A stretch of 64,000 nucleotides of DNA from an uncultured Thermoleophilia bacterium (GTDB taxonomy: Bacteria; Actinomycetota; Thermoleophilia; UBA2241): the NCBI GenBank assembly GCA_963707335.1, contig CAVPQD010000041.1, positions 22,681 through 86,680 of the forward strand, read 5' to 3'. The position numbers and the translations under genes were made by a program. How positions within the stretch are numbered: position 1 is the first letter of the stretch; each line of letters opens with the position of its first letter. The notes beneath the pieces were generated by a model. The model saw only the letters and a list, made by a program, of their open reading frames with translations. It searched no databases and was not told the DNA's origin. Positions 1 through 8,822 of this stretch are shown in pieces.

Positions 1-1161
1 CGCCGGGGCGGCCGCCGGCGCCGGGACCCTCGGCCAGAACAGCAGTCGGCCGAACACCTCGAGAAGGGCGGGCACGAGCGTCACCGACACGACCAGCCCT
101 ACGAGCACGGCCAGCGCCATGCCGGGCCCGAAGCCGCGGAAGAACTGCTGTGAGGCGACCATGAGCGCGGCCGTCCCGGCCGCGACCATCAGGCCGGCGG
201 TCAGGATGATGGGCGTGAACTGCGCGGTCGTCCCTCGCGCCGCGGCGCCGCGACCCTGGCCCGTGGCGAGACGCTGCCGCATGCCGGACAGGTAGAAGAT
301 CGTGTAGTCGGTCACGATGCCGAGCAGGAGCACGACGACGAGCGGCTCGACCTCCGCGGGGACGTCGAACCCCAGGCGGGAACCCGCCCAGGCGATGACG
401 GGGAGGGCGACGAGGTACGAGACCACACCGGCCAACAGGGCGACGGCCGGGGCGCCCAGGGACCGGAACGTGATGCCCACGATCAGCACGATCAGGATGA
501 TGGTGGCGATCTCGACGAGACCCAGCTTGCCTTCGATCTCAGCCGATTGCTGGAGCCTGCCGGGGATGGTGCCGGTGACGCCGACCACGGAGCCGCCGGG
601 TCGATCGAGGGTCGCCGCGTATCGCTGCGCCACGGCTTCCTGGCTTTCCCACGGGACCGACGGATCGAAGAACAGGTAGGTGATGGCCGTGGTCGACTGC
701 TCCTTGGCACCCGGGACGAGGCCGGGAGCGTTGACGATCGGCAGAGCTCCCTTGAGGCCCGGCAGCGGCGTCCCCGTCTGCCGGTCCAGGTTCACCGCTG
801 AGGCGATCGTCGCACGCTGCACGGCCGGCGACAGGCCGGCCGGGTCGCGCTGCACGACGGCCACGCGACTCAGCGCCGGAAGCGGGAAGAGGCGACTCGC
901 CTGCGCCTCGGCCCTGAGCGCCGGCAGGTCGCCGGGCGTGATGTCGGCGATGGATCCCTGCTGAGAGGCGAACGACGGCAGGTAGATCGTGACGGCGACG
1001 GCGGCCGCGACCCAGAGGACGGGGATGAGGTAGCTGAGCGGCCCCGCGACCATCCACGAGTAGGCGCGGGCGAGCCCGCCGGCTACGGCGGGCTCGCCCG
1101 GCGCGCCTTCCTTCGCGACGCCGGGTCCATCCTGTCTGGGTCCGTCAGGGGACGCGCTCAT
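1..1161 (-). CDS. MMPL/RND family membrane transporter (runs off the window edge)
   Basis: Manual minus-strand translation from ATG 1161: N-terminal TM, extracellular loop with 'GVTGTIPA', then TM bundle 'VVVLLGIVTDYTIFYLSGMR', 'PIILTAGLMVAAGTAALMVA', 'GFGPGMALAVLVGLVVSVTLVPALL', typical of MMPL. Confidence 0.8.
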   Translation of the reverse strand, partial: MSASPDGPRQDGPGVAKEGAPGEPAVAGGLARAYSWMVAGPLSYLIPVLWVAAAVAVTIYLPSFASQQGSIADITPGDLPALRAEAQASRLFPLPALSRVAVVQRDPAGLSPAVQRATIASAVNLDRQTGTPLPGLKGALPIVNAPGLVPGAKEQSTTAITYLFFDPSVPWESQEAVAQRYAATLDRPGGSVVGVTGTIPGRLQQSAEIEGKLGLVEIATIILIVLIVGITFRSLGAPAVALLAGVVSYLVALPVIAWAGSRLGFDVPAEVEPLVVVLLLGIVTDYTIFYLSGMRQRLATGQGRGAAARGTTAQFTPIILTAGLMVAAGTAALMVASQQFFRGFGPGMALAVLVGLVVSVTLVPALLEVFGRLLFWPRVPAPAAAPA

Positions 1162-1190
1162 CACGACAGGCGGCATCGCCGCGATCACGG

Positions 1191-1595
1191 TCAAGCCGCC
1201 TTGCGCTCGCGCGCGCCCTGCTTGCGCTCGTCGTCACGCCAGGGCGGGGCCTCGTCCAGCTTCGCGTAGTAGCGCTCGAGGACGCGCTTCACCCCGGCGA
1301 CGTCCTTGTCGGGCAGCTTGACGCCGCCGCGCGCTCCCTGGATCACGCCCGCGGCGGCCATGATCCCGCGAGGCACCGCGCGTAATCTGCCGCGGATCAC
1401 GTCGGCGATGGGCAGCTTGTAGGCGGTGAACTCGTCCTTCTTCTCGGCGTCGTACCACAGGAAGGCCTTGCGGTAGCGGTCGTTCGGACTAGCCTCCGCC
1501 TTTGCCCAGCGACGCACCCGCGCTTCCGCGGCGTCCGCGTCCCACGAGCGTTTGCGCCCGGCGAGCGGGAGATCCTCATAGTCGGCGACAGTCAT
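1191..1595 (-). CDS. Conserved hypothetical protein (WDADAA...AFLWYD...YKLPIADV...GARGG family)
   Basis: Clean ORF, strong AGGAGGTG RBS before ATG 1595, high-GC codon pattern. Confidence 0.75.
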   Translation of the reverse strand: MTVADYEDLPLAGRKRSWDADAAEARVRRWAKAEASPNDRYRKAFLWYDAEKKDEFTAYKLPIADVIRGRLRAVPRGIMAAAGVIQGARGGVKLPDKDVAGVKRVLERYYAKLDEAPPWRDDERKQGARERKAA

Positions 1596-1719
1596 CGTCA
1601 CCTCCTGCATTCGGCTGGAGACGGCACAAGTGCTGGGTATACCCGCCCAGGCCGGGCCGCGCCAGGCAGCTGTTGCGCCCGCGGCCGGGGCGGCCGTGTG
1701 ACCGATCCCGGTCGAGCGA

Positions 1720-1751
1720 AGGCCCCGGCGATCAGCGGATCGCCGGGGCCT
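1720..1751. terminator. GC-rich stem-loop, possible terminator
   Basis: AGGCCCCGGCGATC-agcg-GATCGCCGGGGCCT, perfect 14-bp stem in an intergenic region. Confidence 0.45.
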
Positions 1752-2232
1752 CCGCCTTCGCGGATGGAAGTCAGGGGATGATTCAGGCCGGCTGACCCGG
1801 CTGCTTCGGTCCGATGCGGTATGGTCGCAGACAGTGTAGCCATTCCCCCCCCGTCTCTGGCCTCCCGACCGGCCCATCCGAGGCCTCTTGACGAAGCGTC
1901 ATGCAAGACTCTGAGTCGGCCTCGCTGTGGGCTCGCTCGCCGCCACGGCTCGGCGGGTCGGCGGATGGGCTCGTCTCAGAGCCGCCGGGGGGGATAGTGT
2001 GCCGCAGGTCCCTCGGCCTGCCGGGTCAGTGCGTGGCGCGGGTTGCCCCGACAGGCAACACGGTCAACGCCGACCATCCGGGCGTGGTTGTAGTATCAGA
2101 GCAACAGGCTCCAGCCGGGCGGGTCACCGGCTGAGATTCCGCCGGCGGGCGGCGGGCTGTGGGCCTCGTTGTTTAGCGCACCCGCCGGCGTGGGGTTCGC
2201 ACCAGGGGGTGCCATCGTGAGACGCCGACTGC

Positions 2233-5055
2233 TTGCTCGTCCTGCTGTTGCTCTCACTGCTCGCCGCGATGTGCGGCGCGTCGGACGCGTCCGCCCTCGT
2301 CTCCACGGGAGACGGCGGTTGGGTGTGGCAGAACCCGCTGCCGCAGGGCGATCAGATCACTGCGGTCGACTTCGTGGACTCGGGCACGGGCTGGGCCGTG
2401 GGCGGCTGGCTCGACGCCTGGGCCATGCGTGGTCATGGCGTGGTCCTGCAGACCCAGGACGGCGGTCTCACCTGGATCACCCGGTACCGCGGCGCCCACC
2501 GCCTGAACGCCGTCTGTTTCATCGACGCCAGGGTCGGCTGGGCGGTCGGCGATGGCGGCACCATCATCAAGACCACTGACGGCGGCGAGACGTGGCAGGC
2601 ACAGCCGTCGCACACGACGGCCAACCTGGCCTCGGTCGACTTCGTCGACGCCGAGAACGGCTGGGCTGTGGCAGGCCCCCGGGGCATTGCCCGTCCCGAC
2701 CAGCTCGTCATCCACACCGCCGACGGCGGAGCGACCTGGGAAGTGCAGCTGAAAGCCGAGCAGCTTCCTGACGACAGAGCCCAGCTGTACGCTGTCGACT
2801 TCGTGAGCGCCACGACCGGCTGGGCCGTCGGAGCCGAGGGCCTCATCCTGCGGACCACAGACGGCGGTGTCGCCTGGACCGTCCAGGAGTCGGGGATCTG
2901 GCCGAGTCTGAACTCCGTCGTCTTCCTCGACGCCTCGACGGGCTGGGCCGCGGGTGACGGAGGCACCATCCTGCGCACCGTGGATGGCGGCGTGACGTGG
3001 AGCCCTCAGGAGGCCGGCACGGACGTGGACCTCACCGCTCTGGCCTTCGTGAGTCCCACGAGCGGTTGGGCGGTGGGCGACAACGGGGTCGTCCTGCACA
3101 CCGCCGACGCGGGATCGACCTGGGTCCCGCAGGACTCGGGCACGACGACGGGTCTGACCGACGTCGACTTCGTGAGCGACACGGAGGGCTGGACCGGCGG
3201 TGAGATCCTGCACACCACCACCACCGGCTCTCTTTGGACGCCTCAGTCGTCGAGTGTGACGAGGCAGGACCTCTCAGCGGTGGACTTCGTCGACCTCCTG
3301 AACGGCTGGGCCGTCGGCGCCGCCGGCACGATCGTGCACACCGCGGACGCCGGCGTGTCCTGGACCGTGCAGGCCTCGGGCACGACCGAGGCCCTGACCT
3401 CGGTCGACTTCGTCGATGCCAGGAACGGCTGGGCGGTCGGTGGGACCGCCGCCTTCGGCGGGACGCAGCATCGGATCATCCTGCACACCCGGGATGGCGG
3501 CTTGACCTGGGAGACACGACTCGATACGGGCGACCCTCCACTGGACGACGTGCAGTTCGTGGACTGCAGGTCGGGCTGGGCGGTCGGCGTTGACGGCACC
3601 ATCCTGCACACCGGGAACGGCGGCAAGACCTGGTGTCGGCAGGACTCGGGAACGACCGCCCACCTTGTGTCCCTCAGCTTCGTCGGCATCTCGGCCGGGT
3701 GGGCCGTCGCCGACGACGGCGCCATGGTGCGCACCACCGACGGCGGTGCGACCTGGGAGCCCCAGGCGATCCCGCTCGACCAGGACGCAGGAGGCGATGC
3801 GTACATCGGCAGCATCGACTTCGTCAACGAGACGACCGGCTGGGCGGCCGGGGGTACTTACGGCTTCACGCCGGGCGGGAACTGGGGCCAGCTCTACCGC
3901 ACCACCGACGGCGGTGCGACCTGGCAGGAGCTCATGCGCTTCGATGGCCCCCTGACGTCAGTCAGCTTCCTCGACGACGCTCACGGCTGGGTCGTCGGCG
4001 AATACGGCACGGCATGGCACACCAGTGACGGCGGCGCGACGTGGCAGAGCGAGGAGACGGGGGCAGGGCGCCTGAACTCGGTCGGCTTCGTCAGCGCGAC
4101 TGACGGCTGGATCGTCGGCAGTGGAGGCGCGATCCTCCACACCGTGACGGGCGGGCTGCCGGATGGCGGACCAGGGGTCGCGCCATCAAGCACTACCACC
4201 TTCACGTTCGCCCCAGACGCGACGAGCGACTGGCATGACACCGACCAGACGGTCGCTCTGACCGCCGCCGGCGGCGGCGCGGCGCGCACCATCCACTACA
4301 GCGTCGACGGCGGCGCCACCTGGGCGGTCTCTGTCGGCGACAGCATCGACGTCGTCGTGAGCAGTGAAGGCTCACACCACTTCCTGTACTTCGCGAGCGA
4401 CGCGCACGAGACGGAGACCCCCCACGACGCCGGCTACGTCAACATCGACAAGACGGCGCCGGGGACGACGGCTGCCGGCGCCGATGCGGACTGGCATCGG
4501 CGGCCCGTCACCGTGACCCTGAACGCCGGTGACGCGCTGTCGGGCGTCCACATGACGGAGTTCAGGATCGATGCCCGTCCCTGGCGGGTCGGCACCGCCG
4601 CCACCGTCAAGGCCCCGCGCGACCACTCCTGGGATGGGGTGCACACGGTCTACTACCGCGCTGCCGACAACGCCGGCAACGTGGAAGCGACCAAGTCCCT
4701 CAAGGTGCGCATCGACACCAGGGGCCCCGGCTGCTCGGCGACCGCTGCGGCGAGCGCGATCCAGGGGAGCCGCGCGACGCTTCACTACCGTGTCAACGAG
4801 GCGCGCAGCCCGAAGGCGGACGTGACCATCAAGGTGAAGACGCTGAGCGACAGGCTGGTGAAGAGCTACCACCTCGGCTGGCGCGACACCGACAAGGCGC
4901 TCACCTGCCGCATCACCTGCTCCTTCTCCCCGAAGACGTACCGCTACTTCGTCTACGCCCGGGACCTCGCCGGCAACGCGCAGAGCCACATCGGTGCGAA
5001 CACGCTGACCGTGCGGCCGCGCGCCTTGAGTCGGTCGCCGGGAGTCTTCCGCTGA
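2233..5055 (+). CDS. Secreted YCF48/BNR (Asp-box) repeat beta-propeller protein with C-terminal Ig-like domains
   Basis: 940 aa ORF; signal peptide; about 13 repeats of 'V.F.D...GWAVG..G.IL.T.DGG.TW'; C-terminal 'IDKTAP', 'YYRAADNAGNVE', 'YARDLAGN' Ig-like modules. Confidence 0.85.
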   Translation: MLVLLLLSLLAAMCGASDASALVSTGDGGWVWQNPLPQGDQITAVDFVDSGTGWAVGGWLDAWAMRGHGVVLQTQDGGLTWITRYRGAHRLNAVCFIDARVGWAVGDGGTIIKTTDGGETWQAQPSHTTANLASVDFVDAENGWAVAGPRGIARPDQLVIHTADGGATWEVQLKAEQLPDDRAQLYAVDFVSATTGWAVGAEGLILRTTDGGVAWTVQESGIWPSLNSVVFLDASTGWAAGDGGTILRTVDGGVTWSPQEAGTDVDLTALAFVSPTSGWAVGDNGVVLHTADAGSTWVPQDSGTTTGLTDVDFVSDTEGWTGGEILHTTTTGSLWTPQSSSVTRQDLSAVDFVDLLNGWAVGAAGTIVHTADAGVSWTVQASGTTEALTSVDFVDARNGWAVGGTAAFGGTQHRIILHTRDGGLTWETRLDTGDPPLDDVQFVDCRSGWAVGVDGTILHTGNGGKTWCRQDSGTTAHLVSLSFVGISAGWAVADDGAMVRTTDGGATWEPQAIPLDQDAGGDAYIGSIDFVNETTGWAAGGTYGFTPGGNWGQLYRTTDGGATWQELMRFDGPLTSVSFLDDAHGWVVGEYGTAWHTSDGGATWQSEETGAGRLNSVGFVSATDGWIVGSGGAILHTVTGGLPDGGPGVAPSSTTTFTFAPDATSDWHDTDQTVALTAAGGGAARTIHYSVDGGATWAVSVGDSIDVVVSSEGSHHFLYFASDAHETETPHDAGYVNIDKTAPGTTAAGADADWHRRPVTVTLNAGDALSGVHMTEFRIDARPWRVGTAATVKAPRDHSWDGVHTVYYRAADNAGNVEATKSLKVRIDTRGPGCSATAAASAIQGSRATLHYRVNEARSPKADVTIKVKTLSDRLVKSYHLGWRDTDKALTCRITCSFSPKTYRYFVYARDLAGNAQSHIGANTLTVRPRALSRSPGVFR

Positions 5056-5198
5056 GCGATTTGGCAGTGGCCATTGGCAGTGACCTGACCGAGCGGAGAG
5101 CCCTGGAGCTTGGGAAGCGGGCCCCGTTCTAGTCTTCCTGCCTGCGGGTAGGTTCATACTAATGAGCGTCTATCGGGGCTTGGGGACTGGGGGGAGTC

Positions 5199-6589
5199 AT
5201 GGGTCACACATGGTGGCGCGCCCGGACGGCGCGCGAGGGGCTGGGCACGCGTACGTTCGGCCGGGGGCGATGGATTTTGGGCGCTGCCCTCGTGAGCGTG
5301 GGGGCTGCCGCACTTGTCGCCGCGTGCGGCTCATCGGGCGGCTCCGCCTCTAACGCCAGCCCCACACCCGCGCCGGTGGCCACCTCGAGCGGCTCGCCGT
5401 CGAGCGCCGGCGTCTGGAACAACCCGACGACGCTCGCCAAGCCGATGGCGCCCAGCGCCGCGGGCTCCGCCTCGAAGTACGCCTACAGCGTCTTCGCCGT
5501 CAACGACCTCGGCATGCACTGCATCCAGGGCGACTACTCGAGCTTCCTCATCCTGCCGCCGGCGAACTTCCTCAAGGTGCAGGTCTTTCGCAAGGGCGGC
5601 GAGGGCGCACAACTCGTGACATCCGGCATCAAGGTCGAGTACGAGGTGCTCGGCAACACGCACTCGGCCGACAAGCTCAACTTCTGGCAGTACGCGGCCG
5701 ACTACGGCTTCAACGTGAAGCCAGACGTGGGCATCACCGGCAACGGTCTCACCGGGAGCTGCTCGCTCTCGCAAGGACGGCAAGTACTGGGTCGCCGACG
5801 CGATCCCAGTCACACCGTTCCTCGACAACGGCGACTTCCAGCCGTACCAGGTCGCGAAGGTCACGGTGAAGGACCAGGCGGGCAAGGTGGTGGCGAGACA
5901 GCCTCAGGTCGTGCTCCCTGTGTCGATCGAGATGCACTGCGACAACTGCCACGGCGCCGACGTTCCCAAGAGCGCTCTGCAGGCGCACGACGCCGCCAAC
6001 GGGACGCACCTCTGGAGCGACCTGCAGGCCGGCAAACGCCACGCCTGCGCGGAATGCCACCAGGACAACGCTCTCGGGCATGCCGGGCAAGAAAGGCGTG
6101 TTGTCGCTATCGGAGGCGATGCACGGCTTCCATGCCGACAAGATGTCGAAGTCCGCGGTCAAGATGGCGGAGCCCTGCTACAACTGCCATCCCGGCCAGA
6201 TGACCAGGTGCCTGCGCGGTTCGATGGCGGCCGCCGGCAAGTCGTGCAGCGATGCGAAGTGCCACGGCGGCATGGCCAGGGTCGCCGCTTCGATCAAGAG
6301 CGGCCGCCAGCCGTGGCTCCAAGAGCCCGACTGCGCCGGCTGCCATACGAACGGCGCCAACCAGGGCCAGCTCTACCGCAACTCGTACCTGGCCAACGGT
6401 CCCGACGAGATGAACGGCAAGATCCAATGCGAGATGTGCCACAACGGCACCCACAGTGAGTGGACCTCGACGCTGGCGCTCGACAACAGTATCCCGCTGG
6501 CCCTCCAGAGCCACACCGGCGTGATCACCGACTGCAAGGTATGCCATCAGGGCGGCGGCAAGGTCCACGGCGGCGGCGGAGGCGGCTGA
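5199..6589 (+). CDS. Multiheme cytochrome c lipoprotein (6 CxxCH + 1 Cx4CH), frameshifted
   Basis: Joined ORFs 5199-6203, 5866-6459, 6080-6589; lipobox LVAA-C; 'VFAVNDLGMHC'; CDNCH, CAECH, CYNCH, CSDAKCH, CAGCH, CEMCH, CKVCH. Confidence 0.85.
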
Positions 6590-6623
6590 GAGCGCCGGCG
6601 TCGCGCGCGTTGTCCCGTAGATA

Positions 6624-6713
6624 TGGCGGAGGGGGTGGGATTCGAACCCACGAGCGAGTCGCCCCGCTGGCGGTTTTCAAGACCGCTGCCTTCGACCTCT
6701 CGGCCACCCCTCC
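6624..6713 (-). tRNA. tRNA-Ser (UGA)
   Basis: GGAGGGGTGGCCGAGAGGTCGAAGGC-GCGGT-CTTGAAA-ACCGC, long variable arm, GTTCGAATC T-loop, encoded CCA. Confidence 0.96.
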
Positions 6714-6972
6714 GGCGGGGAAAGTGTACCGCACGCTGCGGTCGCCCGAGACGATCCGGAGCCGCGGCCGTTTGAGCGGTCGTCCGCCGCGTGCGGCCAC
6801 GGTTGGAGAGCCGGCGGCGGGCGGACATGACGGCCGTCGCTTGGGCTCCACCCCGCACGTCTGACAGACACGGCACGCAGGAGATACGACACCCGCCAGC
6901 CTCAGGTGCGGCGGCGGTGCTCCGGGTTAGCCCCGTCGCGCGCCGGGCAGGGTTCTGACATACTCCACCGCC

Positions 6973-7382
6973 ATGAATTCCTCATCATCAGTTGTTCCGA
7001 GGGACGCGTCGCGGCTGCTCTGTACGCCTTGCAGGAGGAGCTCGGTGTGCAGGAAGCCGATCGCCTCATCGTGCCCGGCGGCCCGCTGCAGCTCACGCGC
7101 CCCGGCATGGAGAGGCGCGTGGCGATGGAGTGCGTCCGCAGCCTCGTGGAGGCACACGACATCCGCACCATCTACCTGGTCTCGCACCAGGACTGCATCT
7201 CCTACGAGCGCGTCCTGGGCGGCCGCGCCTTCGACCAGAAGGAGCTGCTGGTGCGCGATCTGCAGCGCGTGAAGGCCCTGCTCGAGAACACGTTCGCGGC
7301 GGCGGACGTGCGCTGCTACCTGATCCCCTGGCTGGAACAGGGCGAGGACGCCGGCTTCGGCGTCGCCGAGCCGGTCGAGTAG
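6973..7382 (+). CDS. Small beta-carbonic anhydrase-like protein (start probably frameshifted)
   Basis: 'IISCSEGR ... IVPGGP ... LVSHQDC' resembles the Cys/HxxC zinc site of minimal beta-CA proteins; the ORF track gives 6906-7382. Confidence 0.55.
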
Positions 7383-7385
7383 CGG

Positions 7386-8648
7386 CTACGGGCCGATCAG
7401 CTCCTTGCCCATCCAGGGCCGCAGCACGTCTGGGATGACGATGCTGCCGTCCGCCTGCTGGTAGTTCTCCATGATGGCGATGAGCGTGCGGCCCACGGCG
7501 ACGCCGGTGCCGTTGAGGGTGTGGACGAAGCGCGGCCCCTTCTCCGTGCGGAAGCGGCAGTTGAGGCGCCGCGCCTGGTAGTCCGTGCAGTTGGAGCAGC
7601 TCGTGACCTCGCGGTACCGCTCCTGGCCGGGCATCCAGGCCTCGCAGTCGAACTTCTGGGCCGCCGGGGCGCCCAGGTCGCCGGCGGCGATGTTGACGAC
7701 GCGGTAGGGGATGCCCAGGCCCTGCAGGATCTCCTCCTCGGCCGCGAGGATGAGCCCGTGCTCGGCCGGGCTCTGCTCCGGCAGGCAGAACGAGAACATC
7801 TCCACCTTGTCGAACTGGTGCACGCGCAGGATGCCGCGCGTGTCGCGGCCGGCGGCGCCGGCCTCGCGGCGAAAGCAGGTGGAGAAGCCTGCGTAGCGCA
7901 GCGGCAGCTTCTCCGCCTCGAGGAACTCCTCCATGTGCATCGCGGCCAGCGGCACCTCGCTGGTGCCCACCAGGCAGTCGCCGTCCACGGTCTCGTACAC
8001 CTGGGCCCGGTCGGTGGGGAAGAAGCCGGTGCCGTACATCGCCTCCTCGCGCACGAGCACCGGCGGGATCACCGGGCGGAAGCCCCTGGCGGCGATGACC
8101 CCCAGGGCGTACTGCACCAGGGCGAACTCGAGCAGCACCAGGTCGCCCTTGATGTAGGCGAAGCGCGAGCCGCTCACCTTGGCGGCGCGCTCCATGTCGA
8201 TGACGTCCAGCGCCGTGCCCAGGTCCAGGTGGTCCTTGATGGGGAAGTCGAACGACGGCGGCTCGCCGACGTGGCGCAGCACCACGGAGTCCTCCTCGCC
8301 GCCCTCGGGCACGTCGTCCAGGGGGATGTTGGGGATCTCCAGGAGCATGGTGCGGAGCCGCTCCTCCACGTCGGCCAGCTCCGCCTCGCGCTCCTTGATG
8401 CGGTCGCCGAGGGCGCGCATGGCGGCGATCGCCTCGGCGGCGTCGCCGCCGGTCTTCTTCACGGCGGCGATGTCGTCGCTCGCCCGCTTGCGCTCGGCGC
8501 GCATGTTCTCGACGTCCGTCAGCACACGGCGGCGCCGCTCTTCCAGCGCCAGGAACTCGTCGAGCGACGACGTGGAGGCGGCTCCCCGGCGCTGCAGCGC
8601 CCTGCGGACCTCGTCGGGGTTCGAGCGCACCATCTTCACGTCGAGCAT
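7386..8648 (-). CDS. serS: Serine--tRNA ligase
   Basis: MLDVKMVR start, N-terminal coiled coil, 'GTSEVPL', 'CFRREAG', 'RVHQFDKVE', 'EVTSCSNCTDYQARR', 'HTLNGTG'. Confidence 0.97.
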   Translation of the reverse strand: MLDVKMVRSNPDEVRRALQRRGAASTSSLDEFLALEERRRRVLTDVENMRAERKRASDDIAAVKKTGGDAAEAIAAMRALGDRIKEREAELADVEERLRTMLLEIPNIPLDDVPEGGEEDSVVLRHVGEPPSFDFPIKDHLDLGTALDVIDMERAAKVSGSRFAYIKGDLVLLEFALVQYALGVIAARGFRPVIPPVLVREEAMYGTGFFPTDRAQVYETVDGDCLVGTSEVPLAAMHMEEFLEAEKLPLRYAGFSTCFRREAGAAGRDTRGILRVHQFDKVEMFSFCLPEQSPAEHGLILAAEEEILQGLGIPYRVVNIAAGDLGAPAAQKFDCEAWMPGQERYREVTSCSNCTDYQARRLNCRFRTEKGPRFVHTLNGTGVAVGRTLIAIMENYQQADGSIVIPDVLRPWMGKELIGP

Positions 8649-8822
8649 CGTGTCTCCTCGGAGTCGGGGCGCGGCGGCGTGGCGGCCCGCGCCGGGTCGG
8701 CTGCGGCCCATCGTACCGCACCTGCCGTCGTGCGCGCGTGCGCTCGACCGCCGTCATCGGACCATGCTAGGCTCGTCGTATCGCACGACCGACACCGCCG
8801 GCGACACAGCAGGAGCACGCCC

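Noticed and set aside
2300-4150. Regularly spaced repeats (GGCTGGGCNGTCGG, ACCGACGGCGG) that look like an array
   Set aside because: These are coding BNR/YCF48 repeats inside one ORF, degenerate at third codon positions; not CRISPR, and no cas genes
8649-8822. Possible T-box upstream of serS
   Set aside because: Gap is short and divergent, and no GGTGG(T/A)ACCGCG T-box motif was found
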